64,000 nt of DNA from Rhabdothermincola salaria. Its GTDB lineage: Bacteria; Actinomycetota; Acidimicrobiia; Acidimicrobiales; Acidimicrobilacustridaceae. The DNA is taken from assembly GCF_021246445.1 (NCBI RefSeq), contig NZ_JAJQXW010000001.1:1070168-1134167 (forward strand). The letters are read 5' to 3'. The notes under the pieces were generated by a model that made no database searches, had not been told where the DNA came from, and was given only the letters and a program-made list of their open reading frames with translations. Below, one piece after another: positions 18,869-29,350 of the stretch. The stretch's first letter is position 1, and each line of letters opens with the position of its first letter. A program made the position numbers and the translations under genes.

Positions 18869-20147
18869 CTCCTCCTGTGCCGCCGGAGGGAGCGGTGATC
18901 TTGATCACCGAGCTGTGCTGGTTCCCGTAGAGCCCGTCCCCACCGAAGACGAGGGCCGTGGCCTCGAAGTTCCCCCTGTTGATCGAGGGGGTGGCGTTCT
19001 TGGAGTAGTAGGCGCCGCCCAGCTTCACGTTGCCGTTGCCGTCCTTGTTGAACACAGAGGCCCCGACGGCGGTCTCGTCCCAGAGGATCGACACGCCCAT
19101 GTGGTACGGCTCGTCCAGCTGCAGGCTCCCGCTCACATCGAAGTTTCCGGTGTGGGCTCCCTCGCATTTCGTCGGTGCCGTGGGGTTGCCGCCGGCGCAG
19201 CCGAAGATCAGCGTGACCCGGGCCCCCGCGGCGCTCTTGAGCGAGCCGCTCACCTGGAGGCCCCGACGGAAGTAGTAGTTGCCCGACTCGGTGAGGGTGC
19301 AGTTCCCACTGAGGTTGACCTTCTGGTTCCACATCTTGTCGGGCACCAGGTCGTCGCACCCGGCGTTCTCCGGTGTGCCCATGGTGACACCCGTGTAGTC
19401 CACGGTGACGTGCTCGAAGGGGTTGGGAACCCGACCGAAGTACGGCGCTCCGGAGGGGACCGACGCGTAGGTGTACTTGTCGTTGTTGGACTCGTTCTGG
19501 ATCCCGTAGACGAGCGTGGTCGGACGGTTGTTGTTGCCGTTGGTGTTGATCAGCAGCCGGTCGGCCCACACCCCGCGGCCGTCCTCGCTGTTGATGTTGC
19601 CGTTCCCGTCCTGTTGGAACCACGCCCCACCGATGGCGCAGATGCCGCACGGGCCGGGGTCGCCGGTCGTCGCCTGCGTCCACTTGGCCTCGGCCGATGC
19701 GGTCACGTCGGTGCCGTCGCTGCCCACCACCCCGCCGAAGAAGCTCGGGGCGATCTCCTCGGGGAGGACGACCCGCACCACTCCGCCCGGTCGGTAGACC
19801 GACACGCAGCTCCCGGTGCTGGCTCCGATCACCTCGTAGCCGTCGGGTTGCCCCACCGTGCAACCGGACCAGGCCGCGCTCGTGAGCGCCGACCAGTTCA
19901 TGTCCGCGATCTGGCGAGCAGCCTCGGCCGCCTCCGCGTCGCTGCCGCCGTCGGCGAAGGTCTGGGCCGCCGCCAGCGCGGCGGCGTCGGCCGACGTCTG
20001 CGCCTGGCGCCGCTCCTGGCGGGCGTAGGCGACGTCGATCGCCAGCGCAGCCACCAGGAGCACGACCACCATCAGCCCGCCGGCCATCAGCACCAGCACG
20101 GCGCCGTCGTCGTCACGTGCTCGGCCGGACCTCGCAAGGGTGATCAT
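18831..20147 (-). CDS. TadG-like pilus assembly protein (TadE/G-like N-terminal TM domain, Asn/Gly-rich C-terminal domain)
   Basis: ATG at 20147: MITLARSGRARDDDGAVLVLMAGGLMVVVLLVAALAIDVAYARQERRQAQTSADAAALAAAQ typical TadG N-terminus; upstream part of the track ORF is read-through. Confidence 0.65.
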   Translation of the reverse strand: MITLARSGRARDDDGAVLVLMAGGLMVVVLLVAALAIDVAYARQERRQAQTSADAAALAAAQTFADGGSDAEAAEAARQIADMNWSALTSAAWSGCTVGQPDGYEVIGASTGSCVSVYRPGGVVRVVLPEEIAPSFFGGVVGSDGTDVTASAEAKWTQATTGDPGPCGICAIGGAWFQQDGNGNINSEDGRGVWADRLLINTNGNNNRPTTLVYGIQNESNNDKYTYASVPSGAPYFGRVPNPFEHVTVDYTGVTMGTPENAGCDDLVPDKMWNQKVNLSGNCTLTESGNYYFRRGLQVSGSLKSAAGARVTLIFGCAGGNPTAPTKCEGAHTGNFDVSGSLQLDEPYHMGVSILWDETAVGASVFNKDGNGNVKLGGAYYSKNATPSINRGNFEATALVFGGDGLYGNQHSSVIKITAPSGGTGGGGTGGGSVSLYR

Positions 20148-20650
20148 GCTGTGGCCTCCTGGGCGTCGCACCACGCCGGGGTGCCGGGGCTGGAGCCGAA
20201 GGGCACACCATCGCCCTCGATGAACATGACGGCCTTGTCGCGCACCTCGCCCTCCACGGCATCGGCCACGACGGGGAAGCCCGTCAGGCTCTCGACCTGG
20301 GCCTCGGCACACACGACGAGGTAGGGGTCGGCCACCCGCACGTAGACCTCGAGGTCGTCGACGGTGGTGAGCTCACCGATGCGATCGCGGGTGAGCGCTT
20401 CGAGCTCGTCGGTGGTGGCGATCCCGGCGCCCTCGGCCACCACGCCCTGGCGGGCGCCTTCCCTGACGCCATGCCGGATGGCGTTGCGATCGTTGAGCGC
20501 CACGCCGAAGTCGAGGATCCCGGCGACGACCAGGAACAGCACCGGGAGGATGAGGGCGGCCTCGACGAGCACGGCGCCGTCGTCGCCGCGTCCTCGACGG
20601 GGGATCCTTGGGTGAGCACGCCGTCGGCGCGCCATGCAGGGGGAGAACAT
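20144..20650 (-). CDS. TadE-like pseudopilin family protein
   Basis: GDDGAVLVEAALILPVLFLVVAGILDFGVALNDRNAIRHGVREGAR TadE-like domain; ATG at 20650 with GAAGGA RBS; ATGA overlap with TadG-like start. Confidence 0.65.
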   Translation of the reverse strand: MFSPCMARRRRAHPRIPRRGRGDDGAVLVEAALILPVLFLVVAGILDFGVALNDRNAIRHGVREGARQGVVAEGAGIATTDELEALTRDRIGELTTVDDLEVYVRVADPYLVVCAEAQVESLTGFPVVADAVEGEVRDKAVMFIEGDGVPFGSSPGTPAWCDAQEATA

Positions 20651-20789
20651 CGGATGTCCTTCTCGTCCAGAGGAAGGTCTGCTTCGACGGTAGCGACCCG
20701 CGGGGCCGGTGCCGTGGGCCGTAAGGCCCAATCACTGCATCGGCACACGAGCACCGGAACTTGACGATGCAACCCGTTTCGTGAGGTGG

Positions 20790-22094
20790 CTACATGTCCT
20801 CGCGGAGGCGGCGTTCGATCTCGGTGCGGGCGGCGCCGGCGACGTAGAGCGAACCGGCCACCAACACCACGTCGTCCTCGGTGCACACGGCGAGGGCGCG
20901 GTCGAGCGCCTCGGCGGGATCGGGCACGATCTCGGTGAGCACCGGGACCGAGGCGGCCACCGCGGCCAGGTCCGCCGCGGGAACCGCACGCGGGGAGTCC
21001 GGGGTGCAGGCGACGAGGAGGTCGGCGCGCTGGGCGTCGAGGGCGTCGAGCATCTGGCGGGGGTCACGCCCCGACAACAGCCCGACGACCAGGATGCGCC
21101 GACCGGGCACGTCGAACTCCTCGGCCACCGTCTCGGCCAGGGCCATGGCGCCTTGCGGGTTGTGCGCCCCGTCGAGGAGGACCAGCGGGTTGCGCTGCAC
21201 GACTTCGAGACGGCCCGGCATGGTGACCGTGGCCAGGGCCTCACGAGCCACCTCGGCGTCGAGAGGACGATCGAAGAAGGCCTCCACCGCGGCGATGGCG
21301 CATGCTGCGTTGGCGCCCTGATGGCGACCGTAGAGCGGGAGGAACAGGTCGTCGAGGCTGCCCAGCGGCGTGCGCACCGAGATCATCTGGCCACCGACGG
21401 CCGACGACTCCTCGACGATGTCGAAGTCCTCACCGCGCCGCCACGTCAGGCGCGGTCCCTCGGCCAGGAAGGTGGCCTGCAGGGTGGGGTCGGTCTCCCC
21501 CAGCACCAGCACCGACTCAGGGGTGATGATGCCCGCCTTCTCGGAGGCGATGCGCTGCATCCAGTCGCCCTGGCCGTCGGTGTGGTCCTGACCGACGTTG
21601 GTGACCACGGCGACATCGGCGTCGGCGACGTTGGTGGCGTCGTAGCGGCCGAGCAGGCCCACCTCCACCACCGCCACGTCGACCGCGATCTCGGCGAACC
21701 ACAGGTAGGCCGCGGCCGTCAGCAGCTCGAAGTAGGACGGCTCGGTTCCCGACAACGGGGTCAGGCGGGCCAGCTCGGTGACGACCCGCGCCAGGTCGTC
21801 ATCGGCGATCGGCTCACCGTTCCAGGCCAGGCGCTCGTTGACCCTCTGCAGGTGCGGGCTCGAGTAGCTGCCCACCGACAGGCCGTGTTCGGCGAGCAGC
21901 GCCGTGATCATGCGCCCGGTGGAGCCCTTGCCGTTGGTACCGGTGAGGTGGATGACCGGATACGCCTGCTGAGGGTCGCCCAGCACCTCCACCAGCGCTC
22001 GCATGGGGTCGAGGGACAGCCCGGAGATGCGGCCGGCGGTGGCTTCGTGGTTGATGTGCCGGTCGAGGAACCGGAGGGCGTCGCGGTACTCCAA
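20790..22094 (-). CDS. folC: bifunctional folylpolyglutamate synthase / dihydrofolate synthase
   Basis: 434 aa Mur ligase family, HLTGTNGKGST P-loop. Confidence 0.85.
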   Translation of the reverse strand: MEYRDALRFLDRHINHEATAGRISGLSLDPMRALVEVLGDPQQAYPVIHLTGTNGKGSTGRMITALLAEHGLSVGSYSSPHLQRVNERLAWNGEPIADDDLARVVTELARLTPLSGTEPSYFELLTAAAYLWFAEIAVDVAVVEVGLLGRYDATNVADADVAVVTNVGQDHTDGQGDWMQRIASEKAGIITPESVLVLGETDPTLQATFLAEGPRLTWRRGEDFDIVEESSAVGGQMISVRTPLGSLDDLFLPLYGRHQGANAACAIAAVEAFFDRPLDAEVAREALATVTMPGRLEVVQRNPLVLLDGAHNPQGAMALAETVAEEFDVPGRRILVVGLLSGRDPRQMLDALDAQRADLLVACTPDSPRAVPAADLAAVAASVPVLTEIVPDPAEALDRALAVCTEDDVVLVAGSLYVAGAARTEIERRLREDM

Positions 22095-22105
22095 AGGGAG
22101 TCGGC

Positions 22106-23377
22106 TCAGCTGGCGGCGCGGCGGGGCCGCGTCGTGCGGGGCGTCGCGGCACGGGGCACGAGCGTCGGGTTGACCTTCTCGAGCACCACGTCAGCGTCGA
22201 TCACGACCTTCTCGATGTCGTCGCGGCTGGGCAGCTCGTACATCACACCCAACAGCACCTCTTCGAGGATGGCCCGCAGCCCCCGGGCGCCGGTGCCCCG
22301 CAGGAGGGCCTGGTCGGCGACCGCCGCCAGCGCGTCCTCGGTGAACTCGAGCTCGACGTCTTCGAACTCGAAGAACTTCTTGTACTGCTTGACCAGGGCG
22401 TTGCGCGGCTCGACGAGGATCTCGATGAGGGCGGCCTGGTCGAGGTTCGAGACGGCACCGATGACCGGGAGGCGCCCGATGAACTCGGGGATCAGGCCGA
22501 ACTTCAAGAGGTCCTCGGGCAGGACGGCGGTGTAGAGCTGGCCGAGGTCGGCGTTGTCCGAGCGCAGCTCGGCGGAGAACCCGACCCCCTTCTTGCCGAT
22601 GCGGCTCTCGATGATCCGGTCGATGCCGGCGAAGGCTCCACCGCAGATGAACAAGATGTTGGTGGTGTCGATCTGGATGAACTCCTGGTGGGGGTGCTTG
22701 CGACCCCCCTGGGGCGGCACCGAGGCGGTGGTCCCCTCCAAGATCTTCAACAGCGCCTGTTGCACGCCTTCACCGGAGACGTCGCGGGTGATCGACGGGT
22801 TCTCGCTCTTGCGGGCGATCTTGTCGATCTCGTCGATGTAGATGATGCCCGTCTCGGCCTTCTTGACGTCGTAGTCGGCGGCCTGGATGAGCTTCAGCAG
22901 GATGTTCTCGACGTCCTCGCCCACGTACCCGGCCTCGGTGAGCGCGGTGGCATCTGCGATGGCGAAGGGGACATTGAGCATGCGGGCCAGGGTCTGGGCC
23001 AGCAGGGTCTTGCCGCAGCCGGTGGGACCCAACAGCAAGATGTTCGACTTGGCCAGCTCCACCTCGTCGTGGTGGGCCGCACCGAACTGCACCCGCTTGT
23101 AGTGGTTGTAGACCGCGACCGACAGGATCTTCTTGGCGGGCTCCTGACCGACGATGTAGTCGTTCAGGAACTCGAAGATCTCCCGGGGCTTGGGGAGCTC
23201 GTCGAAGTGGACCTCACCGGTCTCGGCCAGCTCCTCTTCGATGATCTCGTTGCACAGGTCGATGCACTCGTCGCAGATGTACACGCCGGGACCGGCGATG
23301 AGCTTCTTGACCTGCTTCTGCGACTTGCCGCAGAACGAGCACTTCAGCAGCTCGCCCCCGTCTCCGAACTTGGCCAC
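22106..23377 (-). CDS. clpX: ATP-dependent Clp protease ATP-binding subunit ClpX
   Basis: 423 aa, N-terminal zinc ribbon CSFCGK...CDEC, AAA+ Walker A GPTGCGKT. Confidence 0.95.
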   Translation of the reverse strand: MAKFGDGGELLKCSFCGKSQKQVKKLIAGPGVYICDECIDLCNEIIEEELAETGEVHFDELPKPREIFEFLNDYIVGQEPAKKILSVAVYNHYKRVQFGAAHHDEVELAKSNILLLGPTGCGKTLLAQTLARMLNVPFAIADATALTEAGYVGEDVENILLKLIQAADYDVKKAETGIIYIDEIDKIARKSENPSITRDVSGEGVQQALLKILEGTTASVPPQGGRKHPHQEFIQIDTTNILFICGGAFAGIDRIIESRIGKKGVGFSAELRSDNADLGQLYTAVLPEDLLKFGLIPEFIGRLPVIGAVSNLDQAALIEILVEPRNALVKQYKKFFEFEDVELEFTEDALAAVADQALLRGTGARGLRAILEEVLLGVMYELPSRDDIEKVVIDADVVLEKVNPTLVPRAATPRTTRPRRAAS

Positions 23378-23413
23378 GTTGGTCTTCCCCCGCTCCGAGC
23401 GTTCGGGACCGTC

Positions 23414-24085
23414 CTAGCGGACGGCCGTGATGGGACCACTGACATCGGCGAGCGAACGAGCCGAGATGACCTCGTCGAGGATCCCGTACTCCTTGGCTTC
23501 CTCTGCCGACATTACAAAGTCGCGGTCGGTGTCGCGGTGGACCTTCTCGACGGTCTGTCCCGTGTGGGCGGCCAGCATCTCCTCGAGGAGGGTCCGCATG
23601 CGCAGGATCTCCTTGGCCGCCAGCTCGATGTCGGTGGCCTGCCCCTGGGCTCCCGCGTAGGGCTGGTGGATGAGGACCCGGGCGTGGGGCAGCGCCAGGC
23701 GCTTGCCCGGCGTGCCGGCCGCCAGCAGCACCGCGGCGGCCGATGCCGCCTGCCCGAAGCAGATGGTGGAGATGTCGGGCTTGACGAACTGCATCGTGTC
23801 GTAGATGGCGAACAGCGCCGTGATGTCGCCGCCGGGGCTGTTGATGTAGATGCTGATGTCCTTGTCGGGGTTCTCCGACTCGAGGTGCAGGAGCTGGGCG
23901 CAGATCAAGTTGGCGACCGTGTCGTCGATCGGGGTGCCCAGGAAGATGATGTTCTCCTTGAGCAACCGCGAGTACAGATCGGCCTGGATGGTCTGCCCGC
24001 GGTTGGTCTCGTAGAGCACCGCAGGGTTCGGGATGTAGTTGGAGACCCGCAGGTCGGCGAGGCCTCCACCGGTCGAGACGGTCAC
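23414..24085 (-). CDS. clpP: ATP-dependent Clp protease proteolytic subunit (ClpP2-like)
   Basis: 223 aa; Ser-His-Asp context [35 protein letters not shown] resembles actinobacterial ClpP2; ATGA overlap with tig. Confidence 0.9.
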   Translation of the reverse strand: MTVSTGGGLADLRVSNYIPNPAVLYETNRGQTIQADLYSRLLKENIIFLGTPIDDTVANLICAQLLHLESENPDKDISIYINSPGGDITALFAIYDTMQFVKPDISTICFGQAASAAAVLLAAGTPGKRLALPHARVLIHQPYAGAQGQATDIELAAKEILRMRTLLEEMLAAHTGQTVEKVHRDTDRDFVMSAEEAKEYGILDEVISARSLADVSGPITAVR

Positions 24086-25533
24086 TCGGCGTTCCCTTCG
24101 TCGTCCGCGCCCCCGGGGGCGTCGGCGTCAGCGGCGGTGTCGTCATCGACGCTATCGGCCGCGTCGGCCGACGCCTCGGGTCCGGCGTCGTCGTCGTCCT
24201 CTGCCTCTTCGTCGACCTCGAGCTCGGCGCGGTCGATGGCGTTGCCGTCCTCGTCGACGACCTCGACCGATTCGACGAGCCAGTCGAGGGCTTTGCGCTT
24301 GGCGATGTCGGCCGCCACCGCGGCGCGCTGGCCCGCCTCGGTGATGCGGGTCCGCACCTCGTCGGGATCGGAGTCGACCCGCTCGGCCACGGCCACGAAC
24401 TCGGCCTCGAGATCGTCGTCGGTCACCTCGATGCCCTCGGCGAGGGCCACGGCCCGCAGGGCCAGGTCGACCTTGGCCGAGGTGGCGGCCGTCTCGCGCA
24501 GGTCGGCCACGAAGCTCTCCTGGTCGGTGCCGGAGAACTGCATCCACTGCTCGAGGGTGAGGCCCTGGGCCTGCAGGCGCATCGCCATGTCCTGGAGGCG
24601 TTCCTGCATCTCCGAGGTGACCAGCGACTCCGGGAGGTCGTCGGCCACGAGCCCGGCCAGCGCCTCGCCGATGCGCTCGCGTAGGGCGACCTGGGCCTGG
24701 GCCCGCTTGACGTTGGTCATGCGGCTGACGAGGTCGTCGCGCCACTCGGCCAGCGTCTCGAAGTCCGAGGCCTCGGCGGCGAAGGCGTCGTCGAGGTCGG
24801 GCAGCACCTTGGCCTTGACCTCGGTGACCGACACCTCGAAGTGCAACGGCGCCTCGGGCGTCTCCTCGGAGTCGTTGGGGTGGGCGGCGTCGAGCTCGAT
24901 CTCGGCACCCGCCTCCGCGCCGCGCAGCGCCTCGTCGAGCTCGGGCACGATGGATGCCGAGCCCAGCTCGTAGAGGTAGGCGGTGGCCACCAGCCCGTCG
25001 AGCACCTCGCCGTCCTGGCTGCCCTCGATGTCGATGGTGACGAAATCGCCGTCGTCGGCCGCCCGTTCGACGACCTCGAGCTCGGCGTACTGGCCGCGGG
25101 TGCGTTCGATCTGCTCGGCGATCTCGTCGTCGGAGGCGACCGGCGCCGGGATGGTGACCGTGAGCTCGGCGTAGCCGTCGACCTCGACCGTGGGCCGCAC
25201 CTCGACGACGGCGTCGAAGTGCACCGGCCCTTCTTCCTCGCCGGAGGTGACGTCGAACTCGGGGGCGGCGATGACGTCGACCTCGTGGGCACGGACGGCA
25301 TCGAGGTAGTAGTCGGGCAGGGCGTCCTGGAGGGCCTGGACCCGCCCGGCACTGGTGCCGATGCGGGCTTCCAGGAGCCGGCGGGGCGCCTTGCCGGGCC
25401 GGAACCCGGGGATGCGCACCTCCCGGGCGATCTTCTTGAACGCAGCGTCGACCGCCCGCTCGAACTCTTGCTCGTCGACCTGGATCGAAAGCTTGACCTT
25501 GTTGCCCTCGAGGGGCTCGACGGTTGTATTCAC
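24082..25533 (-). CDS. tig: trigger factor
   Basis: 483 aa, ribosome-binding GFRPGKAP motif, PPIase domain, acidic C-terminal tail. Confidence 0.95.
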   Translation of the reverse strand: MNTTVEPLEGNKVKLSIQVDEQEFERAVDAAFKKIAREVRIPGFRPGKAPRRLLEARIGTSAGRVQALQDALPDYYLDAVRAHEVDVIAAPEFDVTSGEEEGPVHFDAVVEVRPTVEVDGYAELTVTIPAPVASDDEIAEQIERTRGQYAELEVVERAADDGDFVTIDIEGSQDGEVLDGLVATAYLYELGSASIVPELDEALRGAEAGAEIELDAAHPNDSEETPEAPLHFEVSVTEVKAKVLPDLDDAFAAEASDFETLAEWRDDLVSRMTNVKRAQAQVALRERIGEALAGLVADDLPESLVTSEMQERLQDMAMRLQAQGLTLEQWMQFSGTDQESFVADLRETAATSAKVDLALRAVALAEGIEVTDDDLEAEFVAVAERVDSDPDEVRTRITEAGQRAAVAADIAKRKALDWLVESVEVVDEDGNAIDRAELEVDEEAEDDDDAGPEASADAADSVDDDTAADADAPGGADDEGNAE

Positions 25534-25659
25534 AGTCCCGGGAGTCTACCGGTGGGTCGGCCGGCCCCGTGCACGAGCCCGAGTCTGTCCGGGTTTGTGC
25601 TCCACTCGGCGCCCAGAGCTGCCGATAGATCCACGTCGGCCATCGTCCCGGAGCACGTG

Positions 25660-27141
25660 ATGCACGATCTTCCCCTCACCGAGCCCGGCCCTGCCGTGGC
25701 CACGCCGCCGAGTCGAACGCCGAGGCCGTCGCGCCGACTCCGTCTCCGGGTGGTCCCCGCCATCGCCGTCCTCGTCGTGATGGCGCTGTTCGGCACGGCG
25801 TGCGAACAGCTCCACGACGACAACCGAGCGGCCCCGATCTTCGGGGCCGAGAACGGCCAGCTGCCCGGCGGCCGGCTGGTGAACGTGAACGGTTGCACCG
25901 TCTACTGGGAGGCTGCGGTCTCGCTGAAGCTCATGATGCAGGCCGCCGCCGATGACGGCGTGAAGCTCACGCCCACGAGCTGCTATCGCGACCTCGCCGG
26001 CCAGATCTCGGCCCGCAACTACTGGTGCGGGCTCAGCCAGTGCCACATGGCGGCCGTTCCCGGCTCGTCGAACCACGGGTGGGGCAAGGCTGTGGACTTC
26101 CGCAACGGGTCGCTGCCGATGACCTACGACAGCGAAGCCTTCAAGTGGCTGACGGCGTACGGCTGGCACTACGGCTGGTTCCACCCCAAGGCCATGCGCC
26201 AGGGCGGACCCGTGCCCGAGCCCTGGCACTGGGAGTGGATCGGCGACGGCGGCAGGATGTTCCACGGGAAGTACTTCGGGTTCGGCAACGCGCTCCCGCT
26301 GCAGGGCAGCCCCCTCGGCAGCCTCGACGTGGTGGCGCCTCGAGCAGGCGGCGCGCTCGTGCAAGGGTGGACCTTCGACCCGGACCAACAGGATCCCATC
26401 GACGTCCACGTGTACGTCAACGGTCAGGGTGTCGGCGCATGGCGGGCAGGCTCCCCCCGGCCGGATGTGGGCGCCGCCTTCCCGGCCTACGCCTCTCGAC
26501 CCCACGGGTTCTCGCTCCGATTGCCGCTGGCCAACGGCCCCAACGAGGTCTGCGTGTACGGCATCGAGGCGCACGGCACCGGCACGTCGACGCTCCTCGG
26601 CTGTCGCAGCGTCTTCGCCGACAACGGCTTCCCCTTGAGCGGGAGCCCGATCGGAGCGCTCGACGCCGTCCGGCCCGTCCAAGGTGGCGCCAGGGTGCTC
26701 GGATGGGCGATCGATCCCGATCGCAGCGAACCGATCGATGTCCACGTGTACGTGAACGGCCAGGGCGTCGGCGGATGGAAGGCGGGCGCCCCACGGGGAG
26801 ACGTGGCCAGGGCGTTCCCCGCCTACGCCGCCCATCCCCACGGCTACGACCTTCCGTTGGCGTTGGCTCCCGGCCGCCACACCGTGTGCGTCTACGCGAT
26901 CAACGCCGCGGGCACCGGTTCACACACCCTTCTCGGTTGCCGGGCGGTGACGGTGGACCCACCTGCCTCGATCTTCACCGAGCCCGAGCCGGTGGCGCCC
27001 GACGCTCCGGACTCCACCACGACACCGACCACGGTGCCGACGTCCACGACGACCGCGACCACCACGCCGACCACGGCCACGACCACGACCACGCAGGCCG
27101 AGCCCACCACCGGCGGGACCCCGGGCGGGTCCGGGGACTGA
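25660..27141 (+). CDS. secreted VanY-like D-Ala-D-Ala carboxypeptidase (M15B) with two tandem about 95-aa C-terminal repeat domains and Thr/Pro-rich tail
   Basis: In-frame ATG at 25660 preceded by GGAG; signal/anchor LVVMALFGTAC; M15 motifs SCYRD, SNHGWGKAVDF, WHWEW; track ORF upstream part is read-through. Confidence 0.75.
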   Translation: MHDLPLTEPGPAVATPPSRTPRPSRRLRLRVVPAIAVLVVMALFGTACEQLHDDNRAAPIFGAENGQLPGGRLVNVNGCTVYWEAAVSLKLMMQAAADDGVKLTPTSCYRDLAGQISARNYWCGLSQCHMAAVPGSSNHGWGKAVDFRNGSLPMTYDSEAFKWLTAYGWHYGWFHPKAMRQGGPVPEPWHWEWIGDGGRMFHGKYFGFGNALPLQGSPLGSLDVVAPRAGGALVQGWTFDPDQQDPIDVHVYVNGQGVGAWRAGSPRPDVGAAFPAYASRPHGFSLRLPLANGPNEVCVYGIEAHGTGTSTLLGCRSVFADNGFPLSGSPIGALDAVRPVQGGARVLGWAIDPDRSEPIDVHVYVNGQGVGGWKAGAPRGDVARAFPAYAAHPHGYDLPLALAPGRHTVCVYAINAAGTGSHTLLGCRAVTVDPPASIFTEPEPVAPDAPDSTTTPTTVPTSTTTATTTPTTATTTTTQAEPTTGGTPGGSGD

Positions 27142-27191
27142 TCGACCGGCGGGATCGGGGGCGGGCCCCCGCCCGCTACGCTCAGCCGGTC

Positions 27192-27269
27192 CGGGGAGTG
27201 GCGCAGCTTGGTTAGCGCGCCTGCTTTGGGAGCAGGAGGCCGGGAGTTCGAATCTCCCCTCCCCGACCA
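27192..27269 (+). tRNA. tRNA-Pro (anticodon TGG)
   Basis: Cloverleaf read manually: acceptor cggggag/ctccccg, anticodon loop tttggga, T-loop ttcgaat, CCA encoded. Confidence 0.8.
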
Positions 27270-27365
27270 GCGATCACCGAGCGGTCCAGGTGGCACCACC
27301 CCTGGCTGGGCGCTCGACCGACGAGGGCCACGGGGGTCGAACGCCGAGGTACCGTGGTCGTTCTC

Positions 27366-27439
27366 GCGGGTGTAGCTCAATGGCTAGAGCCCCTGCCTTC
27401 CAAGCAGGCTATGCGGGTTCGATTCCCGTCACCCGCTCC
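27366..27439 (+). tRNA. tRNA-Gly (anticodon TCC)
   Basis: Acceptor gcgggtg/cacccgc, anticodon loop cttccaa, T-loop ttcgatt, CCA encoded. Confidence 0.8.
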
Positions 27440-27584
27440 AACCCCGACGGTCCGGGAGGGCTCTCGAGCCCGGCCCGGGCCTTCGGCATCCTGCGGGTCC
27501 CGCACCCGGCTGCCCCTCCGATCCACCGTTGCTGCGGCCCGGGTGCGACAGTGTCGCCATGTTGCCCTTCGACAGAGGCGCGCC

Positions 27585-28406
27585 ATGACCGCCACCCGCC
27601 GACTGCGGTACCTCGCGCTGGGCCTGGCCGCGTCGGCCACCATCACCGCCTGCGGTGCGAGCTCGTCGACCTCCGACGCACCCGGTGGCGACCTGCCGGA
27701 CGAGACCCGACAGGCCATCGAGCGCCTGACGGGCAGGTACGCCCACTTCGACGTGGTGGCGTACGAGAGCAGCGACATGAAGACGCTCATCATCAGCTAT
27801 GGGTTCACCGACCTGTCCGCTGAGGGCACCACCCTCGTCGCCGAGGACTCGTTCTGCAGCTCGGAGCACCGCAGCGACCAGCCCATCGAGGTCCAGTTGT
27901 CCGACACCGCGACCCAGGCCATCCGGCCCGTTCCCACTCCCGTCACGCTCACCGTCGCCGACGGCCGGGCCCGGGTCTCGCGCCCCGAGACGCCCACGGG
28001 CATCGGCGTCGACCTCGAGGATCCGGCGAACGACCCGTTGCCCACCGATCCGGCCGACCCCCGCATCGCCGACGACGACGGCGACGGGAAGCCGGGGGTC
28101 ACGGCGACCATCACGGTGTCGGAGGCGCTCGGGGGCGAGCTCTACCTGGCCCGGCGCGAGATCTTCTCCTACGTCGTCGAGGAGCGCGACGACGGCTCGC
28201 TGGTCGGTTCGGTGTCGGACCGCTCCGAGCAGCTCGTCATCGGCGCCAGCGACGAGGCCTTCGTCACCCAGGCTGCGTGGGTCCAGCACGAGGACCTGTC
28301 GAAGAGCCCCATCATCTTGATCCCGGTCGAGCCGGACTGGGACTGCGCGCGGCTCACGAGCGAGCGCGACCGGCTGTTCCCCCCGACCCCCGAGGTCGAC
28401 TGGTAG
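27585..28406 (+). CDS. hypothetical lipoprotein
   Basis: ATG at 27585 after GAGG; MTATRRLRYLALGLAASATITACG signal with lipobox; acidic C-terminal domain. Confidence 0.6.
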   Translation: MTATRRLRYLALGLAASATITACGASSSTSDAPGGDLPDETRQAIERLTGRYAHFDVVAYESSDMKTLIISYGFTDLSAEGTTLVAEDSFCSSEHRSDQPIEVQLSDTATQAIRPVPTPVTLTVADGRARVSRPETPTGIGVDLEDPANDPLPTDPADPRIADDDGDGKPGVTATITVSEALGGELYLARREIFSYVVEERDDGSLVGSVSDRSEQLVIGASDEAFVTQAAWVQHEDLSKSPIILIPVEPDWDCARLTSERDRLFPPTPEVDW

Positions 28407-28456
28407 CGGGATCCGAGCGTCGGCCGCCGCACCGGACCCAGGCGTCGCCGCCTCGC

Positions 28457-29209
28457 CTACTCGCGGTTCAACAGGAGCTGGAACTCCATCACGCCCTCGT
28501 CGTCCACCGACAGCACGATCGGCGCGGACGGCGTCTCCACCCCGAAGTCGGAGAAGGTGATGTCGACCGATCCGACGATGACGATCACGCCGTCGACCAG
28601 CTGGGCCTCCACGGCCACCTCCACCGGGATGGTGGTGCCCTTGATCTCGAGGTCGCCGGACGCCGTGGTCGTGACCGGCTCGCCGTCGACAGCACCCGGT
28701 CCGAGGTCGATCGGGGCGGTGAGCGTGAAGGTCGCAGTGGGGTGTTGGGCGGTGTCGAGCGCCGACTGGACGCGCGAGTCGCGACGCTCGTCGTTGGTGG
28801 TGATGGTGGTGAGCTCGACCGTGAAGCTGCCCTCGGTGACGGCGTCGCCGTCGATGGTGATCGAGCCGTTCACGTCGCCGGTGCGGCCGACCGCCGTCGT
28901 AGAGCCGATGGTCGACAGCTCCTCTTGCACCCGGAAGCCGGCGAAGGTGCCGCTGGCCGACTCGAAGTCGAAGTCGCCGGTGTCGGTGTCGACCGTCCAG
29001 GTGCCGTCGATCCCGTCGGACCCCTCCTCGGCGGGCTCGCCGCCGGCAGCGATGCTGGTGGTGGAGGAGGTGGCCTCGACCGACTCACGGGCGGCATCGA
29101 GGCTCACCGCGTCGGGCGCGTCGTCACGCAGGAACCACCACAGACCACCGGCGACGACGACGGCCACCACCACAGCGGCACCGATGAGGACAGGGGTCCG
29201 CTTGGCCAT
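28457..29209 (-). CDS. YceI family periplasmic polyisoprenoid-binding-like protein
   Basis: 250 aa, N-terminal TM/signal, YceI-like beta-barrel region (WTVDTDTGDFDFESASGTFAGFRVQEEL). Confidence 0.6.
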   Translation of the reverse strand: MAKRTPVLIGAAVVVAVVVAGGLWWFLRDDAPDAVSLDAARESVEATSSTTSIAAGGEPAEEGSDGIDGTWTVDTDTGDFDFESASGTFAGFRVQEELSTIGSTTAVGRTGDVNGSITIDGDAVTEGSFTVELTTITTNDERRDSRVQSALDTAQHPTATFTLTAPIDLGPGAVDGEPVTTTASGDLEIKGTTIPVEVAVEAQLVDGVIVIVGSVDITFSDFGVETPSAPIVLSVDDEGVMEFQLLLNRE

Positions 29210-29350
29210 GGCCGGAGCCTAGGGTACGGCCCTCCCACCGGGACGGTCGGGCCGCCGGTGCACCGATCCTCTCGCCCGTCCTCCCCGAACCAGCGCCCCC
29301 ACCGAGGTCCCCGTGTTCGTGCGATCCCGAGCCCCGCATCGGAACCGTTG

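Noticed and set aside
20284-20886. 200-aa alternative-frame ORF over the TadE-like gene
   Set aside because: It has Pro/Arg-rich composition and no TadE motif. The 20144..20650 frame carries the conserved TadE-like domain and an RBS.
27142-27600. Mobile element or integrase near tRNA-Pro/Gly
   Set aside because: No integrase, transposase or att-like direct repeats were seen. The flanking genes are ordinary lipoprotein and peptidase genes.
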